Part shown: piece after piece, positions 25,256-37,000 of the stretch
Numbering within the stretch: position 1 is the first letter of the stretch
Layout of the letters: every line of letters starts with the position of its first letter
Source of the DNA: Moniliella sp. 'wahieum'
Taxonomy: Eukaryota
Length of the DNA: 64,000 nucleotides
Reading direction: 5' to 3'
Assembly (NCBI GenBank): GCA_003971905.1
Contig: RSEE01000026.1
Span: 496,001-560,000, forward strand
Translations under genes and position numbers: made by a program
The notes under the pieces: generated by a model
What the model was told of the DNA's origin: nothing
Seen by the model: only the letters and a program-made list of their open reading frames with translations
The model's database searches: none

Positions 25256-28200
25256 CTAGAAGGAATCTGAGCCGAAAATGGGCTTGATGCGGGAAGTCTC
25301 CTCAGCCCCACCAGGATCCGGCGTGAGCGTGAGGTAGCGACCTACACTGGAGCGTTGAACCGTATACGGTAGGAGCTTGGTAAAATCATTCGCGGGGTTC
25401 TCGGTTCCAAGAACCTTGTGCCACAAAATGCGCCCCGAATCGACATGCTCGCGGAACCAATGGTTGCGAATGTCCATATGACGAAGGCGTCCAATGAAAC
25501 CAGGGCGAGAGATAATTGACAGGGCAACAGCCGAGTCGCTATAGAGATCCACCGGACAGTTGGAAGGTACTAGTTGAAGCTCGACCATGAGGTTACGAAT
25601 GCGGAGAGCGTCGCGGGCGCCCTCACTAATAGCCATCATCTCAGCTTCAGCGGTCGACATTGCCGTAGTGGTCTGCTGGGCGCTGCGCCAGTGCACTAGG
25701 GCGCCAAAAACAAACACAGCGACCCCTGTTACCGACTTGCGTGTGACCTTGTCGCCGCCCCAATCGCTATCGGTAAATACGGCAATAGGAGGTGCCGTTC
25801 GATTGATCCTGAGACGCAGAGACCAATCCAATGTACCACGGAGGTAGCGCAGGACATGTTGTGCGGCGCTGCGGTGTGCAGCAGAGGGATCCTTGTTCCA
25901 ACGACTGAGAAGATGTACGACAAATGACAGGTCGGGCCGGCAGGTCTGCGCGGCCCAGCTGAGGCTCTGCACAATCGACATATAGCGCTTATGCTCGGCG
26001 ACAGTGGCAGGAGCTTCGTCTGGTGGACGTGGCGGGAGAGGTGTATCAGGATTGATAGGCAAACGAACAGGGTTGCACTCGAGCATGTCGGTGCGGGCGA
26101 GTAAAGCTAACAGAAATGCACGCTGGTCGCAGTCAAAACCATCAGGGCGAGTAACATAGTGCACACCCAGCATCTTACTGAGAGGACCCTTGTCGCCAAT
26201 CTTGATGTTGAGACCGAGTTCGTCCATGAATGCGTCAAAAGCAGCTTGGGACGGGGCCATGGCCATTCCGTCATCACAGTATATTGCGAGCATGATGGTC
26301 GTATTCGCTCGTTTGCGTATCCATACGTCCTGTTCTGTTACCGTCGAGCGGAAACCAATATCTCGTAGCTTGCTGGCGAGGTGGCGGTGCCACGCAGCGC
26401 CGGAGGCTGCAAGGCCATAGAGGGACTTCTTGAGTCGCCAAACGTTTGCTTTGTCGGTGAGAAAACGATCGGGAGGCTTAACGTATACCTCATAGGGAAT
26501 GGGTGCATGGAGATATGCACTCTTGCAGTCAAAATAATATGCCTGGAGGCCTTGCGCTTTACCTCCCACGGCTACGGTGCGAAAAGACTGATGCTGCGCC
26601 ACTCGAGAATGTGAGGGCCTTGGGCAACTCACTTGTATCCTCCTGGTTTCCTTGAACCACAATACGGGCTTTCCGTTTGAGGAACATATTCCTGGGGTGA
26701 CGCCAACACTGTAGACGGTGCGGGCACCCAAGATCTTCGTTCCGGCCGGAGGGCGTGGCACTTCTTCAAAGGCATCCATGGATCTGAGCCCGTCAAGCTC
26801 AATGTGTTCGGCCTGGCGCCACTGGGGCCACTCAGAGGTGGCCATTGCTTCACGCTCGGTCCGAGGGGCAAGGGGCACACCGTCAGCAGTGGTGCCGACA
26901 GTCGGGGGAGGGATGGCGGAAACGGCGTTGCCGGCGGGGAATGGCTTTCTTTTTCGGGCTTGGTGTAAGGGATGCGGTGGCAGGATCAGGGGAAGAAAAA
27001 CATAGTAGGGGGGATTGGGTGGGACAAAGGGGGATGACGCGCGGTGCGCGCATGGCCCGTTGGGCTCCAATCGGGATCAAGCTCGGCTGGCGGCTCATCC
27101 GTCAAGGGAGGCGCATGCGCATCCTTGGGTTGATAGAAATCAGGGGGCGACGCGCCCGAGCCGGATTGCGACGGGGGGCAGCTTCAGCCCCACCAGGCGT
27201 GGAAACTTCAGCCCCACCAGGTGTGGAAACTTCAGCCCCACCAGATGTGGAAACTTCAGCCCCACCAGGTGTATCCGGACGGTCGCGAAGCCCATCCGGT
27301 GGCGTACCCGGCAACGATTGGGCCTGGCGTATCGCCAGCCCGGGGTTTGTGGGATCCCACATGACGTCGGTGCACCACGCCCTGTACGAGCTGTGGCCGT
27401 CTTCTGTGATAAACTCAAATTCGTATCCCTTGGAGCGCGAGCGGATCGAATCCGACTAGCATGCCAGGGCGGGCGCGGCGCGGCGCGGTGGCCGCGCTCG
27501 GGACCTAACAAAGTACACCAGCCGGCCGCACCCAGGGTGCCCCAAAATAAGAGCTGCGTGGGAGGGGGCGGTCGTGATAGCGTTCAAATGGTGAGGGGGC
27601 GCCCAATGCGGCCGACACACTAACGTTGGCATACAAAGCGCCGCGACAGCGGCGTCGGCCCAGTACTGAGACGGTGCGCGGGCGCCGGCGAGGAGGACGC
27701 GGGTACGCTCCTGTATAGTGCGAGCGGCGCGTCGGCGTGGCCATTCTGTGGGAGGTGTAGGGGGTGGTGGTGGTGTGCTGGATCGGTGCATGACCGGCAG
27801 CAGTGAGGAGGTGCGGGACACGGGAAAACTCAGTACCGCCATCAGTGTGGAGACGGAAAAGACTGGCGCCCGTGGCGGGCGAGGAGGCGGCGCTCCTCGA
27901 GGAGAATAAGTTGGCTAGTGCCATTGCAGCGTCGCTCTTGCGCACCAGCGGAATGGCCAGAGATAGCCGGTGCAGTCGTCGACTACGACAAGTAAATTGC
28001 GCTCACCCTTCAGCCCCGTCGGCCAATCTGTCACTAGATCGGCATGCAAGTGCGCCAGTGGGGCAGCTGCACGTGCCGTGTGGCTCTCAGGGAACGGTGC
28101 GTCGGGTGCCCCGCCCCGCGCGCACGCCTGACAAACGCAGGCCGCGTCGGCCTCGGTGCATGGGCCTGGTGGAAGTGATGCGTTGCGCAACTGGCCCCGT

Positions 28201-30162
28201 GGCCGTGAGGCGGGGAAGCTGGCGCCAACCAACATGACCATGGCGGGCATGAGCAGCCAGTACCGGGTATCGGCCACGGCGCACGGCGTGGTGGGTGAAT
28301 GGGAGGTTGGGGACGTCGCAGTGGTAATCAACCACATAGCCATTAGCGATACGGTCGTAGCGAGCAACAATTGCGGGATCGCTATGGATACAGCGCCTTG
28401 GCGGTGTGCAAGGAACTCTACTCGATGACCAGCGGCATTGCCTGCGGTACAGAGGAGTAAGTCATGGTCAACTGGGGGACAAGCAAGCAGTACAAGTCAG
28501 GATGCATTCAGTTTGGACTGTGGAAGCGGGAGTCGAACCCGCTTCACCCCACAGCCTGTCACCGCAAGCTTCCGGACGCGCCAGCCAATCAACCCACCCA
28601 GTCGCAGGCTCGAGGAAAATGAAACCCTCGGGCGAGCGGACCATGCTCGGCGTCGCGCCGCTGTCAACTACCAGCTTGTGGAGCGCAGACGCAGTGGTGG
28701 GTGGTGGCAACCCCTGTGACAGGGCTGGAGGCGGGAAAGAAACGGGGGCTAGGCCTTGCGCGTTCGCGGTAGGGCTAGTTGGCTGTGGGAATGCCGGAGC
28801 TGGTAAAACCAGAGGTGAGGGGTAGTACGTCGGCATATAGCCGGGCGAGTACATCGGTGGCGGAGGGGTTCCTCCTGCCTGGGCGTAGCGACTAACTGCT
28901 GTGGCCGAATGGGAAGTATTGGAGTTATTCGAGCTGCTCGACATCGGCATGTTCTTCAACTCCGGATGCAGTGACCAGCATTGGGCCTCTGCGTGTCTGC
29001 CATTGGGGTGAAGACGGCAGGTACCATTGCGCTCTGCGCGCCCTCCTTTGCCCTTGTGCGAGGAAACAGCCTTGGTGACGAGCACTGTGTCCTCGATGTT
29101 CAAGAACTGCAGCGCTTGGCTCCGGGTCTTGCCCTGGAGCTGTTGCTCCTTCACGCGATTCGGCTCAGGGCAGCTATTGGCAAGAACGCTCCAGGCACGA
29201 ACGCTGAGCGGGAGTCCAATCATTTCACCCATACCCACGATCCGCTCGATGCGGGCAAGGAACTTCCGCGCCGTCTCATGCGCCGCAGGCTTAAGTGTGT
29301 CCAGGCGGGAACTGACATCACTCTCAAGTTTGACCTGGGTGGGACGATTGCGCTCGCACATCTTGCGGTACAGGCCTGAGGCCGAACCGCAGGCAACATG
29401 ACTCTGCGTGGTCGAGTCACATTTGGTCAAAAGGACATGCTCGAGCCGCCTGTCGATCAGCTCTTCCTCAGGGGAAGAGGGGCCGTTGACGACTAGGTTC
29501 AGGAACTGGTATGCCGAGAGCTGGTTGCGCGTATCATAGTCATAATCAAGCCAGTGCGTCGTTCCGAGTTCCCAGGAGGGTAAGCTGTTTCCTTTAGCCA
29601 GCGCCCTAATCATCTCCTCCTCCACAGAACGTGTCTGATGAGAAGGGATTTCCAGAGGTGGGAAAGTGTCAACACTGCTGGGGCTGTGGGCAGATGTTCG
29701 AACTGGGGGAAACCAATTGGGAATCAGCGCCGCGGTACCTTGAATGCGGTACTTGCGGGCAAAGTAAGCAAATTCGTGCATGAATGCGGGGTCGTGAATC
29801 GCATCTTGTGCCTGTTCCGTAGACCACTCGGGGTGTAAATCTTGAAGATGCAACAGGAACATGAGCTCATGGTGGGTTAGGTTGGTTTTCGGGGAGTGAT
29901 TTCCTTCGACAGAGGGGGGGGTGCCATCGTGGGCAATTTGGGCGTCTTCACCGTCCAGACGCTCGGGGGCGGCGGGGGTGGCGTGGGGAACTGCAGGCTC
30001 CTCTTGGGTAGCCTCGACACGAGGAATGGAAACTGCGGGCTCCTCATGGGTAGCTTCGACAGGGAGAATGGCGTCGGCAGACATGCTTTCGGCGCGCGGG
30101 TTACGCTTCTTCTTGGAAAGGGGTGGAAAAGCAGTATCGGCTCCGGAACGGAGACCAGGCAT
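25256..30162 (-). CDS. Copia gag-pol polyprotein (frameshifted in this assembly)
   Basis: Gag with knuckle CRLHPNGRHAEAQC; protease LVVDSGAT; integrase AHARHGH, LHADL, VVVDDCTGY, LHTDGGTEF; RT FDCKSAYL, LKKSLYGL, IYCDD; RNase H FTDSDWGGD, STAEAE, RHMDIR, NPANDFTK. Confidence 0.93.
27182..27272. repeat. ~4 x 24-bp tandem repeat CTTCAGCCCCACCAGGYGTGGAAA in the IN-RT linker
   Basis: Read directly; encodes TPGGAEVS repeats on the minus strand. Confidence 0.95.
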
Positions 30163-30263
30163 TCAGCCGTGTGGGGTGGGGGTGGGGTAGGGAAAAAAAT
30201 ATAAGTAGGGTTCAGGCGGGCAGACGAGAGAGGTGTAGTCTCCGCCTACTCAGAGGATAGTGT

Positions 30264-30275
30264 GGGCTCATAACC
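30264..30275 (-). other. Primer binding site GGTTATGAGCCC (half-tRNA-iMet, Ty5/copia type)
   Basis: Immediately follows the CA of the 5' LTR on the minus strand. It is complementary to the anticodon arm of initiator tRNA-Met rather than to a CCA end. Confidence 0.9.
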
Positions 30276-30431
30276 TGTTAATGCGAGGACAAAGGCCTAC
30301 GGAAAGAAGAAGACAGAGGGAGGTGATGGATCTATTCCAAGAGAGGAGCCCGTTAGGGGCAGAACATAGAGGAGAGTCGGATAGAACAGCGCGATGCGTG
30401 ATGCGTGATCAGCTGCATGATGGCGCTGACA
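30276..30431 (-). repeat. 5' LTR of the copia element (156 bp)
   Basis: Near-identical to 25036..25189. Confidence 0.97.
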
Positions 30432-30686
30432 AATGTCCTTTTCGACGAGCGCGAGACTGGACATGAGTCTGGCAGGGTCGGCAATCGATGGAGGAGAGGT
30501 AACGAGAGCGTTGGCAGTATCGAAAACTATGTTGACCACAGCTATGGCCTTCTTGTCGCCCACGACAACGGCAGTTGGATCAGGTACAGTAGAGAGCAGG
30601 TTCTGAGCTAATTCTTTGAAGCTACTGCAGGGGCGGGGGCAGCCGTGGGGGGCATAATAGGCGGTGAGGATGGCGCGCACAGACAT
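30432..30686 (-). pseudogene. ARC1/AIMP1-like pseudogene, 5' fragment (start of the GST-like domain)
   Basis: MSVRAILTAYY...LMSSLALVEKDI reads straight into EATVYVS on the far side of the copia once the element and one TSD copy are removed. Confidence 0.65.
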
Positions 30687-31032
30687 GGACGGTGGTGGTG
30701 GTAGTGGAGAGAGGTAGGAAGTGGTGGAGAGCAGGCCAAATCGACAGCGGCGAGGCTTCTGTGGGGAAAACTGCTAGAAAGCACTGCACTGCTTGTTGGC
30801 TATGGGAGAACAAGATAGCATCAGTGGCTATGGCAAACAAGTTGTATCTCTTCAAAGGCTAGGCACTAAGTCACAAAGCCACAAGAGCCACGGGCCTCGA
30901 AATTCAATTGATTGGCAGGGAAGTTTGATGCGCTTGGTAAACTTAAGGAACTTGGTGGGGAGCTTCCGCAAGCTCATGGCATGATGGATTCATACAGGGG
31001 AAAAAGAAGAAATGGACAGGATGTGTGGGCTG

Positions 31033-34000
31033 TTACTTGCCCGTCAGCAGGTAGTCAAGCGCTCGCAGAGACCGCAGTAGCACCGCCTGCGCACTCGCTG
31101 GCGAAGCAAGCGTAGCAAGCGCAGGCGACTGCAACTTGTTGTCTAGCCCATCTTGCGAGGTGTCGCCAGCTTCGACGCCTTGCATCGCCTCAGGCCCTCC
31201 GGCAGAGACCGGACCTGGCAAAGAGGCCGGCGCGGGTCCCGTCGGTGCCGTGGCCGGCGTCTCGCCGGCATCTTGTTCAACCGCGACCGGTTTGGGCGGC
31301 AACACTGCAAGTAGCGCGTCCAAATCCGACATGAGAGTCTTGGACGCTTCAGTCGCCGAGCGCACAAACGCATCCCGAATCACTTCCCGTGCTCCGGCCA
31401 CATGTGCCAGATTCGACGCCACCGCCAGAGTCGATTGGAAACCCCGAGCCGAGATAGGCGTCGCGAGTGGACGCACCACCGCTGCCAGACGCTCGGGCGG
31501 GATATGTGGAGTCAAAGCTGTAGGACCCTCACTCGTCCCCTCCTTCCACCCCAGGGGGAGCCTCGGTCGCCATGGTTTCGTCTCCTTCGTCCCCAGTAGC
31601 TCCTTCCGTGGGAGCAGCCGCAGGGTGCGCCACTCTCAGCAGCTCCTTCCGGTAGAGCGGCAGCCGAGGTGGCAGGGGCATCACTGGCACCCTGTTCGGG
31701 CTGCGCCGAAGGATTCTGAGTAGCTGAGGGGCCTGCGGTGGGTACAGACGGCCCACTTGCGCTGGCTGAAGCGACGGCAGAGTCTGCGATAGGAGGACGC
31801 TCTGCAGCGGGAGTGGCAACAGCTTGCTTGGCAAGTGGCTTGGTGATCAGGTGCAAAGCGTGGATCAGGCTGTCAAGCAGAGTGTTGTGCTCCGCAAATA
31901 CGGGCTGGTCAAGGAGAGCAAGTAGAAGCCCAACAGGAGGTTCTGCCGACGCCTTCTCTTTTTCTTTCTCCTTCTCCTTGCCCTTGCCCTTTTTGGACGA
32001 CCTGACTTCCTCCTTGAGGAACCACTCGCTCACGGCCGGGTTAACGTCGACAAGATAAGTGATTGCCGCAATGCAACGCAGGGCCATGAGGAACGGGGCC
32101 TTCTCTCCCTGAATGCTAATCGGGGAACCCGCCGACTGGTAAAGAGCGGGCCCACGCTTGGCACCCTTGCTGGGCGTCCCATGTGCTTGGTGGATGCGAC
32201 AGCTGATTGCGGCGTAAGACCGATCAACTGCCGCGGGTGTGCTGGTCCCTTCGGTCAAAATGGTAAGCAGCAGACGCAGCACATCGGTGCGAGTCTTTGC
32301 GTTCTCCGAAACGGAAGCCAGAACCCGATGGAGGCCTGAGGCCGCGGGATCCAGGTCAGGGAAGAAGAGGATCCGAACCAGCGTCAGGACACCAGCACGG
32401 TCTAGCAGTTGAATCGCGTCCCGGCGTGAGTCTTTGTCGGCAGCAGGGGCTGCGACAGCCGGAGTCGTCGAAGCAGCGGGAACGGCCGGGTTGGCAGGTA
32501 CACCCGGCTGAGAAGCACTCGCCTCCGTCGTTGGCCGAGCTTCATGGACCGCACTCTGCTCTGCTTGGCGCTCTTGCTCCTCTTGCTCGCGTTGCTGCTG
32601 CCGACGAGCACGATTGGCTGCCATGAGCTCGCTCTGTAGTACCTCCACACGGATCTCGGGTGGCAAGGCAGCGAGGAACTCAGGCTCGATTGCCGTCACG
32701 CCTTGGTCGCGACTCATCGTCTCAGCATGACGTTCGCGCAGGTGCTGTTCCACAATCTCCTCCCGCATAGCGTCTGGGAGGGCCAGCAGGAATTCGGGAT
32801 CCATTCCGGTACCCGTAATATCCACCACCTGGCTACCGATCGTGATCGTTTGCCGCTCCCCCTCTTCCTCTTCCTCTTCATCCTCGCCCTCACCGGCATT
32901 TCCGGCCCTCCCTAGGTACTCATGATCGGAGGGTACCCCATCCGAAAAGGGTGAGTTTGCCCGGTGCGGGGGCAGGCGATCCGCCATTTCCGTGTCGGAG
33001 GCTTGCGCCGGCGGCTGGTTTGCTTCTGGTGCCTGGATGCGCTCATGATCTCCACTCTCCTCCTGCTTCCGACGATGCGCTTCTTCATCCTCTTGGAGCT
33101 TACGCTGAAGCTGAGCAGCTCGTTCGGCCTCCTTTTCCTTCTGCTTCTTCTGAGAGTCCCAGTAGGCAGGAAGCAGAACCGCTTGCAGTTCGTGTCGGAA
33201 AAACGATGCGTGCTCCAGCTTGTTGACAGAGCGTGCATGGGCGAGGGAAGCATCTTGTAACCAACGGTTCGACGTGCTCATGGGCTTGAAGGTTTGGAGT
33301 AGTGATACTGGATCCGCAGCTGCAGCTTTATCCGCATCGGTTCATTCGGTCGACCGCGATTGGGGCCGGACGCGCCGTTGGTTTCCTCAAACCTGAGCGG
33401 GAACGGGCCGTGTCGTCGCTCCGCGTCAACCCCTGAGCACGCTCGAGTATCGTCTCTAGAAGATGCATGGTCCTATTGCCCATCATATCGAATGACAAGG
33501 CGCTGAGGTCCGTGCCCGAATGGTGCAGGCCGCCATGGAGACGACGCCGCCGACCGGGGAGACGGCTGGCCAGGGCAGAACTTCCGTCGGGCACGGCCGA
33601 CTGGTCCACCAAAAGTGGGTGCGACGCCGCCTCGTCTATCCCGTTCCGGCGCCCGGACCCAGTGACAAGACGAGACCGCCAGCCTTCCGGTTCGTGACCC
33701 CACAGGCTTCCATGTCTCCCACGCGCCGGGCTGTCCGAATGGTTGACCCACGCCCAATTGGCACCAAACAGATCCAGTGTGTTCGATGACGGGTTGTAGC
33801 CATCCTCGAGCGAGAGGTCGCCAAGGCCGGCAGCATCGTACCCATCATTGGAGGACCCCTCGTCCTCATCGATCACGTCCATACCGTCTTCCCCTTCACT
33901 AAAGACAGAACGAAGTTCCGATGGCGCCCACACCTCGTCAATCTCGAGCGTCGGAACCAGAGGGTCGCTGCCACTCGTTCCATCGTGCTCTAGGACAATA

Positions 34001-37000
34001 TCCAGTTCGCCATTGTCCGAGTCGCCATCGCTATCATTGTCCTGAAAGCACTCTGGGCGTCAGTATTCATAGTGCAGAGGCGAGGGGAAGCTGGAAAAAA
34101 GGGACATACCTCATCCGTCCATTCGGCCTCAAGCATGTCGCTGTGATCATGATCGTCATCATCGTCGTCATCGTCCTCGTCCTCGTCTTCCGAAGACGAA
34201 TCGTCATCCACCGAAGACATGTCCTCCAGGTCAATGTCGTCATCGTCAATGGTATCCTCACTGTCATCCGACTCAGAGCTGTTCAGATGGGGTCAGTATG
34301 AATGCAACATCAGTGCGAAGCGCAAAAAGAGGAGGCAAGACGTACGTCATATCGCTGTTGGAGTGGTCATGATCATACTCCTCCATCTCAATGTCCTCTT
34401 CATCCTCGCCGCTCTCGCCATCGCCGACATCGTCATCGTAGTTGCCCGACTCGAGGTCGCCAGTGTGGATGCCCAACGACGAATTGCGGTAGAAATCGGG
34501 GTGTCTCGCGACGGGAGCCACGGCCATGCTCCATGTCCTCCATCGAAGAGGACGTGCTTTCATCGTCGGAAGAAAGTTCGATCGGCACATCTTCGCGCGA
34601 ATCTCTTCTCTGCCCGGCCCATGCGGATGGCAACCTTGGTAAAAAGTCGAGCGGCTTGAGAACGCTGGTCAGAATCGATTTGGCCGGCGAAACGGACAAA
34701 TCAATGTCGGTGATGGTATTAGTCAAGACAAGGACAAAGTTCTTCTCCAACATCAACTGGCCATGTGAAGGCTTAGGTCCTCATTTTGACGCAGTAAAGA
34801 GCTCTGGTTGGGCTTGACCGTCAGCAAACGGAAGCACAGGTCGGACAGCACCAGGATCTTGCCACCCTTGGATGCCAGTGGCTCGGTCGAAGTTGTCACG
34901 TCGCGAATGCTCTTGCTCAGACCGTCAAGGACGGCCTTGCGCACCGAAATGACGTCTGCACTCAGATCTTGAAGCGAAACGTTGCTTGCCGTATCCGACG
35001 TCAGAGCCACAATGACCGACATGAGCCAATTGGTAAGCGCCTTGCACTTTCTCCAGTCCTTGTCGCTATACGCTCCGAGCGCAACGAGCTCATGGAACAG
35101 AGTCGAGACAGTGGTCCCACGAAGCTTAGCGGGGGTTGTAGAGGGCGTGGCAGGCGCAGCTGGGGCAGCAGGCTGGGTGCGCTTGCGCGTGTAGTTCATC
35201 AGACTCAATTTGCAGCAGTCGTACGAAGACAAGAGCTCGGCTAAAATTTGGAGGATGAAGCCATTGTAATAAAGCGACTGGTCCGCTTGGCTTTGCTCTT
35301 TTGCGGAGGTAGGCTGGGTTGCTTCAAGACGGGGTTCGTATTGACTCCATCACCGCTCGACGGAGCAGCTGCACCAGCGTCGGGCTCAGAGGGAGGCGGG
35401 ACACTCGCCTTGTCCTTCCCAGTTTGGGATTCGCCCGAGGACGCCTCAACCGATTCCTTCGTCTCTTGCTCGGCCGTCTCGCTTGCCACGACAGATGATG
35501 ACACGGAAGGTCCCATGGTGAGCTCCGAAATGAGGAAGTGGATCAGATGATCCGACACCTCCGTGGTCTGAGGGAGCTTGTGGATCAGCTTCTCGTCTCC
35601 CACCACTACTGGTTTCGGGCACGTCGAAAACGGGTGGTTTGGGCGCAGTAGGAAGGGACGTTCCAGATGGCCCGGCTGCCCCTACGGGAGTTTGAGGCAG
35701 AGCAGGAGCCACGGCAGGCCCCTCAGTGTTCGACTCGGTTCCCTCCTTTTGTCCTCGGACTCACGATCATCAATCAGCCGAACGCGGGGGGCGGTGCCGG
35801 TGCGATTGAAATCGATGAGCTCAAGATGGTTCTTGGCGACACCAAAGAACGTGTTCGGGTCCCGCCACACGGCCGAGCTCACTTGACCGAGTAAGTTGGG
35901 GATCACAACTTGGCTGCGGGTCGAGTGGACCGCCGAGCGCAGCATTTGGAACATGAGCTGTTGCAGCACTTCAGGCTGCTCAATCACATGCCGTAAAATG
36001 GTGACCAAATACGACTGGCAGAGCGGCACGATCGACTCGGGAACACCCTTCTTGAAAGGCCGAACAAGAACGACAAGCTCATCGTCCCCTTGACCCACTT
36101 TGCCCGCTAGAAGGGGTCGCCGGGTAAGGATGACCAGAAGGCGGTACGTGGCCAAAAGAGTTTCCGTGCTCCATGCGTCAGGCACTTCCTCCCGTAAGAC
36201 GGCAAAGGCCATTTGAAGATAAACGTCTCAAATTGGCCTAGGCGATTATCTGGATCGACCCGCGGTCGAGACGGGGGTGGGGTGCCTGCTTGCCACTCGG
36301 ATTCGAGGTAGGGAGGCGTCGGCTCGATTTCTCACTCCAGCCAAAAATTTCGCTCGCGATCAAAAAGATGTGAGGAGTGAACTCGCTCACCCACTTCTTG
36401 CCAGTTGACCCAACCGCTGCAAAGTTTGGATGATGGTAACGGCCGTGTCAATGTCGATCACCTGCCGCAGGCCCTCCGAGTTGTGCACAATGGCCAAGAA
36501 GTGAAGATAGACCCGCATCTTGCCCAGCAACGCATCACGCTCGTTTGTCTTTCCTTCCATATCCAACCTCTCCACCTCGGCTGGGACGAACGAATGAAGT
36601 CGTTAGCGTGGCGAATGGGGGTGAGCTTGTCGGAAACGAGATGGACAGCGTCGCGTGCCTCAAACACAAAGGTTCGTGCGTTTCCGCAAGTTCAAGAATA
36701 AGAGCGACGACGGTAGAGCTAATCTCCTTTGAATCGAGTGCAGTTCATCCGAAAGAACTTGCTTAGAAACCGTGCCTTCCGATCCCGGTTGCCACAGGGA
36801 TGAGGAGGGGGAGCTTGCGAGCGTTCCGGAGCAGACGAAGAAGGCTCTGAAGACGATCCTGCCTCCGTCGATGGACAGCGGGGTCGGTGCCGTGACAGGA
36901 GGGGTGGGAGTGGATTCAGCCCCTTGTTGGTTCAACAGCCGCAGTAGCCCCGCCGCGAGTCCTCTCCGCTTCCAAACGCCGACTGGACGGAGCCGGAAGT

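Larger units (their letters stand above)
25036..30431 (-). mobile_element. Full-length Ty1/copia LTR retrotransposon (5.4 kb), recent insertion
   Basis: Paired TG..CA LTRs, 5-bp TSD AATGT (25031-25035, 30432-30436), PBS and PPT, and the domain order gag-PR-IN-RT-RH. Confidence 0.97.

Noticed and set aside
30436..31032. Copia insertion as the direct cause of the TOM1 truncation
   Set aside because: The TSD-bounded insertion lies ~600 bp beyond the TOM1 stop, inside the ARC1-like sequence, and no HECT sequence resumes on the other side.
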